A stretch of DNA of 48,643 bases from Actinomycetes bacterium (GCA_030428165.1 JAUIBG010000001.1:1-48643); one strand, 5' to 3'; positions 37,985 through 47,572 are shown, numbered from the stretch's first letter. The notes: generated by a model not told the origin, from the letters alone. Numbers and translations are program-made.

Positions 37985-38862
37985 CGAACCTGCGACTCGA
38001 CTCCGTGAGCGCCATCCGCGCCGGGCGCACGCTCGCCGACTCGCTGACCGCCTCCTTCTCCCCCGGCGCCGTCGTGGGGCTCGCCGGTCCCAACGGCTCC
38101 GGCAAGTCGTCGCTGCTCGCCGCGATCGCTCAGCTGGGCGTCGAGCACACAGGGACCGTGACCTTCGGCGACGCCGACCTGGGGCGCCTGCACGCCAGGC
38201 AGCGGGCCGGAGTGCTGTCGATGCTCGCGCAGGACACCCACGCACCGGCCGAGCTCACCGTCGACGAACTGGTGGGCATCGGCGCGCACGCTGGACGGAA
38301 GGCGAGGCGGGGAAAGTGGGACGGGAAGGTCCGCAGCACTGGAACCCGCAGCACTGGAACCCGCGGCGATGAGGGCGCCACGACGACCGATACCCTCGCG
38401 GTCGTCGACCTCGCCCACCTGGCCCACCGCCGCATCGGCACCCTGTCCGGCGGCGAGCTGCAGCTGGTCCAGCTGGCGCGCGTGATCGCACAGGACACAC
38501 CCGTCGTCGTGCTCGACGAGCCCACCGCGGCCCTCGACCTGGGCCACCAGCACCGCATCGAGCGGATGCTGGCGCGGATGTCCGCGGACGGACGAATCGT
38601 ACTGATCGCCGTGCACGATCTGTCGCTCGCCCTCAACGCCTGCACGGACCTGATCTTCCTGACGGGCGACGGCAGCGTGCGCGTCGGCCCGCCGCTCAGG
38701 GTGCTGACAGGCGACACCACCCACGCCGCGTACGGCGTCCGCACCGAGATCCACACGACCTCGGACGGCCGGCACTTCCTCACCCACCACCACACGCCCA
38801 GCCTGCACGGGCAGGCGCGTCGCACCGTCCCCATCACCCCCGAGAACGAGGTAGCACTGTGA
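37981..38862 (+). CDS. Iron-chelate/porphyrin-type ABC ATPase (FecE/HmuV-like)
   Basis: GPNGSGKS, LSGGE, LDEPTAALD, VHDL; ATGA overlap; 15-bp duplication near 38331-38360 (RSTGT x2). Confidence 0.9.
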   Translation: MTNLRLDSVSAIRAGRTLADSLTASFSPGAVVGLAGPNGSGKSSLLAAIAQLGVEHTGTVTFGDADLGRLHARQRAGVLSMLAQDTHAPAELTVDELVGIGAHAGRKARRGKWDGKVRSTGTRSTGTRGDEGATTTDTLAVVDLAHLAHRRIGTLSGGELQLVQLARVIAQDTPVVVLDEPTAALDLGHQHRIERMLARMSADGRIVLIAVHDLSLALNACTDLIFLTGDGSVRVGPPLRVLTGDTTHAAYGVRTEIHTTSDGRHFLTHHHTPSLHGQARRTVPITPENEVAL

Positions 38863-39878
38863 GCTTCACCCGTCCCCTTGCCGCCCTTGCGGCCTCCGCC
38901 ACCGTCCTGCTGGCCTCCGCCTGCGGCGCCACCAGCGTCGCCGCCGAGCCCACTGCGGGGGCGACCGCATCGGCCACTGCCACGGCACAGGCCACGCCCG
39001 CGGAGTTCCCCCGCACGGTCGACGTGCCCGGCGGCCGCGACATCGAGGCGACGACCGTCACCGTCGACACGGAGCCCGTGCGCATCGCCGCGCTCAGCTA
39101 CGAGGCGGCCGAGGTCGTGGCCGCGCTCGGTCTTGCCGACCGCCTGGTGACCGTGCCAGAAGCCGTCACCAACCCGATCCTCACCAACCACCTGGACGAG
39201 ATGCTCGCGGTCGAGCACACCTCGGCCACCGAGTCGACCACCGACCCTGAGCAGATCCTCGCGCTGCAGCCGGACCTCGTGATCCTGTCCGCGAGGCACG
39301 GGCTCGAGGAGGGTGCGGGCGAGGTGCTCGCCGAGGCGGGCGTGCCCGTGCTGGTGTACCCGAACAGCTGGCACACCGTCGACGCGATGATCACCGACAT
39401 CGAGCTGACCGGCGCCGTCACGGGAGCCGATGCGGCGGCCGCCGATCTTGCCGCGACCATCGAGGCGGGCCTGGTTCCCGTCGCCAATGCCGGGGCCGAG
39501 GACGCTCCGCGCGTCCTGATCCTGTCGAACCAGGCTGGCATCCCCTTCGTCACCGCCGGAGCGGCGTTCCCGCTGGAGCTGGTCGCGCTCGCCGGCGGCG
39601 ATGACGTCTCCGACGAGGCCGGCGCCGCCTTCACCGGACCGATCACCGCCGAGCAGGTGGTCGCAGCCGCGCCCGACGCGATCCTGCTGATCGACATGAA
39701 TGGCTCCGGCGAGGCGTCGTTCGCGCCGATCATGGCCAACGAGGCCGTCGGCACCACTGCGGCCCTCCAGAACGGCCAGGTGCTCCTGTTGGCCGCGAAC
39801 GAGACCCAGGCGTTGGGGCTTGCGGGCACGATCGACGGTCTCGCGCAGATCGCCGCGTGGCTCGGGACGGACGCCTAG
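38859..39878 (+). CDS. Class III (FecB/BtuF/HmuT-like) substrate-binding lipoprotein
   Basis: LASAC lipobox; FPRTV, PVRIAAL, EQILALQPDLVI; GTGA overlap. Confidence 0.88.
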   Translation: MSFTRPLAALAASATVLLASACGATSVAAEPTAGATASATATAQATPAEFPRTVDVPGGRDIEATTVTVDTEPVRIAALSYEAAEVVAALGLADRLVTVPEAVTNPILTNHLDEMLAVEHTSATESTTDPEQILALQPDLVILSARHGLEEGAGEVLAEAGVPVLVYPNSWHTVDAMITDIELTGAVTGADAAAADLAATIEAGLVPVANAGAEDAPRVLILSNQAGIPFVTAGAAFPLELVALAGGDDVSDEAGAAFTGPITAEQVVAAAPDAILLIDMNGSGEASFAPIMANEAVGTTAALQNGQVLLLAANETQALGLAGTIDGLAQIAAWLGTDA

Positions 39879-39890
39879 CGACTCAGACTC

Positions 39891-40075
39891 GGGAGCAGGC
39901 GGCGCATCGGCGCCCGCTCCCCCACGACTTCGCCCGGCCGGCCACCCCCAGTTCCCCTCGATGCCGGTCGGGCGAAGCCCGCGTGAGCGCTCCGGGAGGG
40001 CGCCCAGAGCACCGCTCACGACCCCATCCGACCGCGGAGGGCCGGGCCCGATCAGGCCTGGACCTCCGCGGTCGG
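39891..40075. other. Array of four consecutive hairpins
   Basis: Stems at 39891-39921, 39928-39977 (15 bp), 39982-40020, 40028-40075 (13 bp plus inner stem). Confidence 0.65.
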
Positions 40076-40124
40076 TTAGTATCCGGGAGGCACATAGGCT
40101 CGAGCGATCAGTGGGGGTGAGCGC

Positions 40125-40862
40125 GTGAACGGCGGTTCCGGCACCGAGCGCGCGCGCACGACGCTGGCGTTCCTGCGCCGCAAGATCTCCTCGGGCGAGT
40201 GGCCCGTGAACTCGAAGATCCCGATCGAGCCCGAGCTCGCCGAGGAACTCGAGGTGGGCAAGAGCACCATCCGCGAGGCGGTCCGCTCGCTCGCGAACCT
40301 GGGCATGCTCGAGACGCTTCCGGGCCGCGGCACCTTCGTCCGCTCCCGCACTCCCGTGACGTCCGTGCTGATCGAGTACATCGAGGACTACGACGTCGAG
40401 GAGCTGCAGTCCGTGCGCCGCGCCCTCGAGATCGAGGCCGCGCAGATGGCGGCCGTGCACCGCACCGACGAGCAGCTCGCCGCGCTGCAGGAGGCCCTCA
40501 CGAAAGACCTCGAGGAGGACGCGGACTATCCGCGCGACTACGAGCACGGCTATCCCCCGCGCCAATTCCACTTCCTGATCTTCGAGGCCACCGGCTCGCG
40601 CCTGCTGCCGGGGCTGTACGCGGGCGTCATGACCGCGCTTCGCAAGGCGATCGACCGCGGCCACGTGGTCTACGGCGCCACCGCGCACACGCGTCACGCC
40701 GACCACGAGGCGATCCTCAAGGCCATCGAGAACCGCGACATCGTGGGGGTCGTGCACGCCATGGCGCTGCACGTGGACCGCGACCTGATCGGCGACGGCT
40801 CTGGACCCACTCAGCGCGCCGACGAGTTCACGTCGCGCGGCATGGGGCCGGTCGAGAGGTAG
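40125..40862 (+). CDS. GntR family, FadR subfamily transcriptional regulator
   Basis: wHTH IPIEPELAEELEVGKSTIREAVRSL..GRGTFV; FCD domain RRALEIEAA..FH..HEAILKAI. Confidence 0.9.
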   Translation: MNGGSGTERARTTLAFLRRKISSGEWPVNSKIPIEPELAEELEVGKSTIREAVRSLANLGMLETLPGRGTFVRSRTPVTSVLIEYIEDYDVEELQSVRRALEIEAAQMAAVHRTDEQLAALQEALTKDLEEDADYPRDYEHGYPPRQFHFLIFEATGSRLLPGLYAGVMTALRKAIDRGHVVYGATAHTRHADHEAILKAIENRDIVGVVHAMALHVDRDLIGDGSGPTQRADEFTSRGMGPVER

Positions 40863-40869
40863 TCGCGCC

Positions 40870-41718
40870 CTAGCTCGGGTGCTGCGCCCGCTGCGCGGTG
40901 GCCGAGGCATAGAGGCACACCGACGCCGCCGAGGCGAGGTTGAGGCTCTCCGCCTTGCCGTGGATCGGGATCCTGCCGACCGCGTCGCACAGCTCGAGGG
41001 ACTCGTCGGTGAGCCCCCACGCCTCGTTGCCGAACACCCAGGCGTGCCTGGAGTCCAGCCGGACCGCGCGGTCGCGGCCCCTGTTGCTCAGATCGATCTC
41101 TGACCCGCTGCCGTCGGCGCCGTAGACGGCGAGACCCGCCTCGTGCAGCGCGTCGACCGCCTCGACGAGCGAGACGCCGCGCACGACGGGCAGGTGGAAG
41201 AGGCTGCCGACGGTGGACCTGACCACCTTGGGGTTCGTGACGTCCACCGAGTCGTCGGCGACGATCACCGCATCGGCTCCTGCGGCATCGGCCACGCGGA
41301 TCACCGTGCCCAGATTGCCCGGATCACGCACGTTTGCCAGCACCGCCACGAGCCGTGCGTGGGCCAGTGCGGCGGTGATGTCGGCCTCGGCGTCGTCGAC
41401 GACGGCCACGAAGCCCTGCGAGTCCGAGCTCAGCGCGTCGATGACCTCAGGCGTCGCGAACCTGAACTGCGGAGGCGTCGAGCCCAGCACATCGGCGACG
41501 CGCAGGTCCTCGGTCTCGACGGAGACGAACACGTCGCGGATCCTGTCCCGCGCGAAGGCGACGGCCTCGCGCACGGCCTGGGGACCCTCGACGAGGAACT
41601 GCCCTGACTTGCGCCGGGCAGCAGAACGCCCCGCGAGGGCCACGGCCTTCCTGATCCGCTCGGCCTTGGGATTGGCGAGCGGGTCAGTCCGGTCGAGCCC
41701 TGCGGGGCGTCCGTGCAT
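40870..41718 (-). CDS. TrmH/SpoU-family RNA methyltransferase
   Basis: VRDPGNLGTVIR, FGNEAWGL, IPIHGKAESLNLA. Confidence 0.92.
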   Translation of the reverse strand: MHGRPAGLDRTDPLANPKAERIRKAVALAGRSAARRKSGQFLVEGPQAVREAVAFARDRIRDVFVSVETEDLRVADVLGSTPPQFRFATPEVIDALSSDSQGFVAVVDDAEADITAALAHARLVAVLANVRDPGNLGTVIRVADAAGADAVIVADDSVDVTNPKVVRSTVGSLFHLPVVRGVSLVEAVDALHEAGLAVYGADGSGSEIDLSNRGRDRAVRLDSRHAWVFGNEAWGLTDESLELCDAVGRIPIHGKAESLNLASAASVCLYASATAQRAQHPS

Positions 41719-41727
41719 GCGAGTGCC

Positions 41728-42108
41728 TTAGGCAGCCGGGGCGTTGACGTCCTCCGGCAGCGCCTTGCGGGCCACCTCGACGAGCGCGGCGAACGCGGCC
41801 TCGTCGTTGACCGCGAGCTCGGCGAGCATGCGGCGGTCCACCTCGATCTCAGCGGCCTTGAGGCCCTGGATGAAGCGGTTGTAGGTCATGCCGTTCGCGC
41901 GGGCAGCGGCGTTGACGCGCTGGATCCACAGCTTGCGGAACTCGCCCTTGCGAGCCTTGCGGTCGCGGTAGGCGTAGACGCCGGAGTGGGTGACCTGCTC
42001 CTTGGCCTTGCGGTACAGGCGCGAGCGCTGACCACGGTAGCCGGAGGCCTTCTCGAGGGTGCTGCGGCGCTTCTTCTGGGCGTTGACCGCCCGCTTGACG
42101 CGTGCCAT
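41728..42108 (-). CDS. rplT: 50S ribosomal protein L20
   Basis: [33 protein letters not shown]. Confidence 0.98.
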   Translation of the reverse strand: MARVKRAVNAQKKRRSTLEKASGYRGQRSRLYRKAKEQVTHSGVYAYRDRKARKGEFRKLWIQRVNAAARANGMTYNRFIQGLKAAEIEVDRRMLAELAVNDEAAFAALVEVARKALPEDVNAPAA

Positions 42109-42123
42109 GTCTGTCTCTCCTTC

Positions 42124-42318
42124 TTACTCGCCGAGCAGCTTCTTGACGCGCTTGGCGTCCGGGTCCGCCAGCACCGGGGTGCTGTCGACACGGCGCTTGC
42201 GCGACGAGGTCTTCTCGTCGAACTTGTGGACGTCGTTCGCCGACTTGTGCGTGACCTTGCCGCTGCCGGTGATCTTGAAGCGCTTCTTGGCGCCCGAGTG
42301 GGTCTTGTTCTTCGGCAT
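42124..42318 (-). CDS. rpmI: 50S ribosomal protein L35
   Basis: MPKNKTHSGAKKRFKITGSGK; AAGGAG RBS. Confidence 0.97.
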   Translation of the reverse strand: MPKNKTHSGAKKRFKITGSGKVTHKSANDVHKFDEKTSSRKRRVDSTPVLADPDAKRVKKLLGE

Positions 42319-42380
42319 GATGCCGTTCTCCTTACGTGATGTGTCGGGCCGCATCGCGGCCCTACGTCTCCTGGAGGGCT

Positions 42381-42998
42381 CTAGCCCTCGGTCTCGGCCT
42401 CGGCCTTGGCCTGCTTGGCTGCGCGACGCTCGGCGTCGGCCGCCTTCTTGGCCTCGACCTCACGCTTGCGCTCCTCGCGGGCGTCGGCCTTCTTCTTGAG
42501 CGGACCGAGGACGAGCGACATGTTGCGCCCCTCCTGCGTCGGCATGTTCTCGACCACCGAGATGTCCTGGACATCCTCGGCGAGCTTCATCAGCAGGCGG
42601 CGGCCCATCTCCGGACGCGACTGCTCGCGGCCGCGGAACATGATGGTGACCTTCACCTTGTCGCCTCCGTTGAGGAAGCGGACGATGTGGCCCTTCTTGG
42701 TCTCGTAGTCGTGCTCGTCGATCTTGAGACGGAAGCGCATCTCCTTCAGGTCGGTGTTCGCCTGATTGCGACGCGCCTCGCGTGCCTTGACCGCAGCCTC
42801 GTACTTGAACTTGCCGTAGTCCATCAACTTCGCGACGGGCGGCCGAGAATTCGGCGCGACCTCCACGAGATCGAGTTCGGACTCCTGGGCGAGTCGGAGC
42901 GCGTCCTCGATGCGGACGATTCCGACCTGCTCGCCGTTGGGCCCGACGAGGCGTACCTCGGGGACTCGAATGCGCTCGTTGATGCGAGGTTCGTTGAT
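42381..42998 (-). CDS. infC: Translation initiation factor IF-3 (non-canonical ATC start)
   Basis: [32 protein letters not shown]; AAGGAGGAGCCACT-ATC. Confidence 0.95.
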   Translation of the reverse strand: MNEPRINERIRVPEVRLVGPNGEQVGIVRIEDALRLAQESELDLVEVAPNSRPPVAKLMDYGKFKYEAAVKAREARRNQANTDLKEMRFRLKIDEHDYETKKGHIVRFLNGGDKVKVTIMFRGREQSRPEMGRRLLMKLAEDVQDISVVENMPTQEGRNMSLVLGPLKKKADAREERKREVEAKKAADAERRAAKQAKAEAETEG

Positions 42999-43202
42999 AG
43001 TGGCTCCTCCTTCAAGAATCCTTAACGTTCGTCCGCCAGGAGAACCCCTGCACACAAAAGGAGGCCACCGAGTCCAAGCAGGCGCAGACGCGCTGCCGGG
43101 ACCGAGACCCTGGCCCATCACAATGGCCCTAGGGTGGGAGTGGACTCCTCTTGCGTGCCGGAAGGATTCCCCTCCGGCCGGTCGACCATCAAGGATAGCA
43201 CA

Positions 43203-43562
43203 GTGGACACTCAGCAGCCCGGAAACGACGACGCATTCGGCGCCTCGGCGGCGCGTGATCTCGCCGAGGTCAACGCCGTGGAACTAATCTCTACCGTAAG
43301 CGTTCACCTGCTGAGTGCCGCGGCGCTGCGGTGCGGCCTCTCCGACGATGCTGAGGATGCGAAGGACCTGGACGAGGCCCGCACCATCATCAACGCACTG
43401 GCCGCACTGGTGACGGCGGCTGCGCCGGACCTCGGCGACGTGCACGCGCGTGCGCTGCGCGACGGTCTCAGGAGCGTCCAGCTGGCGTTCAGGGAAGCAT
43501 CGGACTTCCCGGATCCTCGAGGGGAGGGACCGGGCGAGAAGTACACGGGGGCGGTTAGTTGA
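43203..43562 (+). CDS. DUF1844-type protein
   Basis: [40 protein letters not shown]; usual position divergent from infC. Confidence 0.8.
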   Translation: MDTQQPGNDDAFGASAARDLAEVNAVELISTVSVHLLSAAALRCGLSDDAEDAKDLDEARTIINALAALVTAAAPDLGDVHARALRDGLRSVQLAFREASDFPDPRGEGPGEKYTGAVS

Positions 43563-44428
43563 CATCCGGTCAGGACGAGTCAGAGCAGGACAGCGCGCGC
43601 CCCGAGGCCGATGAGGCAGTCGCCGCTGGCGATGACGGGGTCGACGACGCGGCCGATGACGCCGCGGCGGCACGTACGGAAGCCGCGGACGAGACGGCAG
43701 AGGACCACGCTGGCGCGGACGGCTCCCCCGAGCCCACCGACGAGGTCGAGGTCGCGCAGGATGAGCCGACCGAGGAGGAGCTCTCCGACGACGATCTGCT
43801 CATCTCCGACGAGGACGCCGACGAGACGGTCGCCGGCACCCCCACCTTCGAGCCCGAGGCGCTGACCCAGGCGATCAGCACCGCGGCGATCGCGATCGTC
43901 GGCCGCCGCAATCGCACGGAGCGCGGCATCTGGATCACCGGCGTCGTGCTGCTGCTGGGCGCGATCGGCGTGCTCGCCTACTACCTGTCCGAGGCGACCG
44001 ACTCGGCGATCCGCTGGGAGGACCGCTCGGCCGAGCTCAGCGAGATCAACTACGACCTGGGCGGGAACATCGCCGACCTCCAGACGGAGATCTCGAACCT
44101 CGAGTCCGACAACCAGGTCTACGCCGATCAGAACAGGGAGCTGCGCGAACGCGTCCTCGAGCTGAGCGACGAGAAGCAGCAGGCCCTCGACACCAACGCC
44201 TACTCGGCGCAGCAGGCCGAGCGGCTCGACGGGCTCGTCTCGCAGGGCGTCGTCGCGTCCTCGGCCCTCGCGCGCTGCGTCCAGGAGCAGAACAACCTCG
44301 CGGCGATCCTCGAGAACCCCGAGGACTACGACGAGGAGCAGATCGCCGAGTACGCGGACAGCGTCGACGAGCTGTGCGTGGCGGCTCTCGAGTCCTACAA
44401 CCAGTTCCAGGCGGACGTGGTCGGATGA
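43559..44428 (+). CDS. Single-TM coiled-coil protein A1 (acidic N-tail, C-terminal Cys pair)
   Basis: D/E-rich N-term, TM, heptad region, LARCVQEQ...YADSVDELC; TTGA overlap. Confidence 0.75.
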   Translation: MTSGQDESEQDSARPEADEAVAAGDDGVDDAADDAAAARTEAADETAEDHAGADGSPEPTDEVEVAQDEPTEEELSDDDLLISDEDADETVAGTPTFEPEALTQAISTAAIAIVGRRNRTERGIWITGVVLLLGAIGVLAYYLSEATDSAIRWEDRSAELSEINYDLGGNIADLQTEISNLESDNQVYADQNRELRERVLELSDEKQQALDTNAYSAQQAERLDGLVSQGVVASSALARCVQEQNNLAAILENPEDYDEEQIAEYADSVDELCVAALESYNQFQADVVG

Positions 44429-45219
44429 GCCGTCGCCTGATCGCGCTGGCGGCGGGACTGACGCTCGCCCTGGGCGGGTGCGCGAGCATCCCCGAGGACC
44501 CCGACCCGCTGCCCAGCGACTGGATCCCGTCGCCCACCGCCTCCCCCGCGGCCGAGTCGCTCGCGCTGTCGAAGTACGGCTTCGACGCCGCGCAGCGCAT
44601 GACGGTGCGCGTGCGCTCGATCACGTGCGGCACCGGCGTGACGACGGGATCGGGCTTCGCGATCGACGGCAGCACCTTCGTGACCAACCGTCACGTGATC
44701 ACCAACGCGGAGACGGTGGAGATCTCGACCTACGACGGCATCACCGTGACGGCGACCGCCGCGTCGAGCACGCAGTTCGCCGACATCGCGATCGTCACCA
44801 CCGCGGAGCCGTTCGGCGACACGTACGCGTCGCTGGCCACCGACGATCCGGTCGAGGGCGACCTCGTCACCGTCGTGGGCTACCCGCAAGGCGGCAAGCT
44901 GTCGACGTCGGCAGGCGTCGTGCTCGGCAGGGTCGCCGACCCGCTCGCCGACCCCAATACCGCTGCGGTCGACACCGTGCTCGCGATCTCCGCGGTGGTG
45001 GAGCCTGGCTCCTCGGGCTCGGCCGTCGTCAACGAGAGCGGAGAGGTCGTCGGCGTCGTCTACGCGAAGGCCACCGACGGCAGCGATCAGACCTACATGG
45101 TCCCGGTGTCCACCCTCACGACGCTCATCGACGAGCCCGCGCTGCTCAACCCCGTGTCAAGCACGTGCACGGCCGATGCGGACACCTCGACCGGCTCCAC
45201 GGCGGACGGCGCGAACTAG
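44425..45219 (+). CDS. Trypsin-like (S1, MarP-like) serine protease lipoprotein B1
   Basis: LGGC lipobox; GSGF, TNRHV, DIAIV, GYP, PGSSGS; ATGA overlap. Confidence 0.88.
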   Translation: MSRRLIALAAGLTLALGGCASIPEDPDPLPSDWIPSPTASPAAESLALSKYGFDAAQRMTVRVRSITCGTGVTTGSGFAIDGSTFVTNRHVITNAETVEISTYDGITVTATAASSTQFADIAIVTTAEPFGDTYASLATDDPVEGDLVTVVGYPQGGKLSTSAGVVLGRVADPLADPNTAAVDTVLAISAVVEPGSSGSAVVNESGEVVGVVYAKATDGSDQTYMVPVSTLTTLIDEPALLNPVSSTCTADADTSTGSTADGAN

Positions 45220-45312
45220 CGCTCCGCCACGGACCGCGCCTTCGTCCGGTGTCACCGCCGCCGCATACGATGAGCGCGGCGGCGCCCCCACCGCCGGCGG
45301 AGGAGAGCACCC

Positions 45313-46032
45313 ATGAGCGAGTCCGGATCCCACGAGCCGATGCCGCGGCAGGAGCCGTCGGAGCCTCCACGACCGCCGTCCCCCGCGCCTGACGTGCAGG
45401 CCTCCGACGTTCCTGAGCACGCCGCCCCGCCGCGCCCTCCTGCGCCCGCGCCCGACGCACCCGCGCTCCCCGCCGCATCGGGCGCATCCGCCGCATCCGC
45501 CGCATCCGCCGCGACCGGAGCATCGGCCCCGTTCGAGACCGAGCCCGCAGCCGCCCCCTCCCCCGCGCCTGCGCCGCCCCGCCGCGCCGCGCGCGTCGTC
45601 AACGCCGTGCTGTGGGTCGTCGCGCTGGTCGTGATCGTCGGCCTCGCTGTCACCGCCGGGTCGATGTACGTCGTGAACAGCCAGTGGACAGCGCAGAACG
45701 ACGAACTGCGCGAGGAGGCGGAGACGCTCGGCGCCCAAGTCGCCACCCTCACCGCCCAGACCGAGACGCTGCAGGCGCAGCTCGACGAGTCCCACACCAC
45801 GGTCAACGAGGCGGCGAACGAGGCGGCCTTCGCCCGCGACGACCTCCTCTACCTCGAGGACATCACCGACGCCCTCGCGATCTGCGTCGACGAGTACGAG
45901 GAGCTGGTGGGCTACCTCGACCAGTCGTACCTCTACACGGATGCGAGCCTCGCGGCGTACCAGCGCGACGTCGAGGACTACTGCGGCGAGGTCGTGGCCG
46001 CATGGGACGAGTACCAGGCGGGCGACGCGTGA
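45313..46032 (+). CDS. Single-TM coiled-coil protein A2 (Pro/Ala-rich N-tail, C-terminal Cys pair)
   Basis: GGAGGAG RBS; TM; coiled coil; LAICVDEY...YQRDVEDYC. Confidence 0.78.
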   Translation: MSESGSHEPMPRQEPSEPPRPPSPAPDVQASDVPEHAAPPRPPAPAPDAPALPAASGASAASAASAATGASAPFETEPAAAPSPAPAPPRRAARVVNAVLWVVALVVIVGLAVTAGSMYVVNSQWTAQNDELREEAETLGAQVATLTAQTETLQAQLDESHTTVNEAANEAAFARDDLLYLEDITDALAICVDEYEELVGYLDQSYLYTDASLAAYQRDVEDYCGEVVAAWDEYQAGDA

Positions 46033-46835
46033 GCCGTGCCGTGAACCGCACGGGCGGCGTCCGTGCCCGCGTCGCCGCTCTCGGCATCGCGGTGATCGGC
46101 AGGGCGGCGATCGGCAGGGCGGCGATCGGCATCGCGGCGATCGGCGCGTCGGCCGGCTGCGCCGTGCTGCCCTCTCCCGAGCCCCTGCCCGACTCCTTCG
46201 TGCCGGAGGCGACGACCTCGGTCGACCCAGGCGCGCTCGCGACGGCGTCCAACGGCTTCACCCTCGCGGAGCAGGCGGCCATCCGCCTGCGAGTCGCGGA
46301 CTGCACGAGCTTCGGCAACGGCACGGGGTGGATCGTCGGCGAGCACACGGTGGTCACCAACAGTCACGTGATCGAGGGCGCCACCGCGATCGAGCTCACG
46401 GCCTACGACGGCACCGAGCTGACGGCCACACGATCGTTCCTCGACCCCACGTCCGACCTCGCGATCGTCGTCGTCGAGGAGGAGCTCGCACCCGTGCTGT
46501 CGATCGCCGCGGCCGACCCGTCTGGCACCCTCGACGACGTGGTGGTCGTGGGCTACCCGCGCGCCGAGGAGCTCACCGCCTTCGAGGCGAGCTTCGTGCG
46601 CATCGTCGACGACGAGCTGCGCGAGCACCCCGACGACGTCTACCTGCTCAACGGGCACGTGGAGCCGGGCAACTCGGGATCGGCGGTCGTGAACCGGGAC
46701 GACGGCACCGTGGTGGGAGTGATCTACGCGGGCGACGACGGCGACGCGTCGTGGGCCGTCAGCTGGGAGTCCGTGTCGGACTTCCTCATGAACGAGTCGG
46801 GCTGGGAAGTGAACCTCGCTCAGTGCGAGGACTAG
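46029..46835 (+). CDS. Trypsin-like (S1, MarP-like) serine protease lipoprotein B2
   Basis: SAGC lipobox; GTGW, TNSHV, DLAIV, GYP, PGNSGS; GTGA overlap. Confidence 0.88.
   Translation: MSRAVNRTGGVRARVAALGIAVIGRAAIGRAAIGIAAIGASAGCAVLPSPEPLPDSFVPEATTSVDPGALATASNGFTLAEQAAIRLRVADCTSFGNGTGWIVGEHTVVTNSHVIEGATAIELTAYDGTELTATRSFLDPTSDLAIVVVEEELAPVLSIAAADPSGTLDDVVVVGYPRAEELTAFEASFVRIVDDELREHPDDVYLLNGHVEPGNSGSAVVNRDDGTVVGVIYAGDDGDASWAVSWESVSDFLMNESGWEVNLAQCED
46081..46145. repeat. 15-bp tandem repeat (about 4.3 units) in the B2 signal peptide
   Basis: TCGGCA(TC/GG)GCGG(T/C)GA units encoding GIAVI-GRAAI-GRAAI-GIAAI. Confidence 0.8.
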
Positions 46836-46862
46836 CGCCCCGCCTGGATCGAGCGTCGCGAC

Positions 46863-47570
46863 TCAGGCCGTCGCGAGCCTGATCTCGAGGCTGTCGACCC
46901 GCTGGGCGACGACCTCCGACGCGGCGAGCGCCTGCTGCGCCGCGGTCGTCACCTCGGTCACCTGCGCGCGCGTCAGCCCAGGCGGCAGCGCGATGACGAC
47001 GGCGAGCTCCGCGCGACGACCCGGCTCTGCTCCCGCAGCGGAGACACCGGGGACGGCTCCCACGGCATCGGCCACCGCTGCGGCGACATCGGGGGCGACC
47101 TCGTCCCCCACGACGGCCGGCGCCCACTCGTGCCCCTGGGCGAGCGCCCACACGGCGGGACGGGGCACGACCACCGCAGGCCCGGCGGGGTCGATCACGA
47201 GGGCGGCCCACTGCTCGTCGGCGGCCGCCAGCGCGGCACGGGGCCCCTCGGCGGGGACGGGACGCGCATCGGCCCGCCAGGCGGACATCGTGGCGACGGA
47301 CGAGAACACCGGAAGGGCAGCGCGGCCGTCAGGAAGCGACACCGCGACCACTCCGGTGGTGCCGATCTCGTCCTGCTCGAGGCCGTGACGGCCGATGAAG
47401 CGCTCCTCCCCCGCCGCCAGCACGGGGATCAGCACGCGCGCCTCGGCGAGGGCGCTCACGACGCCGGGAAGCGCAGCGGGGTCGGCCTCGAGGGAGGCGA
47501 GCGCCGCCGCGAGGACCGGATCCGCCGAGCCGTCGTCGTCCGCGAACCGCGTCGCGGGGATCTCGGGCAC
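46863..47570 (-). CDS. SseB-family protein
   Basis: FADDDGSADP, ARVLIPV, DGRAALPVFSS..W...ARPVP, RPAVWALAQG; GTG start inferred. Confidence 0.82.
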   Translation of the reverse strand: MPEIPATRFADDDGSADPVLAAALASLEADPAALPGVVSALAEARVLIPVLAAGEERFIGRHGLEQDEIGTTGVVAVSLPDGRAALPVFSSVATMSAWRADARPVPAEGPRAALAAADEQWAALVIDPAGPAVVVPRPAVWALAQGHEWAPAVVGDEVAPDVAAAVADAVGAVPGVSAAGAEPGRRAELAVVIALPPGLTRAQVTEVTTAAQQALAASEVVAQRVDSLEIRLATA

Positions 47571-47572
47571 GG

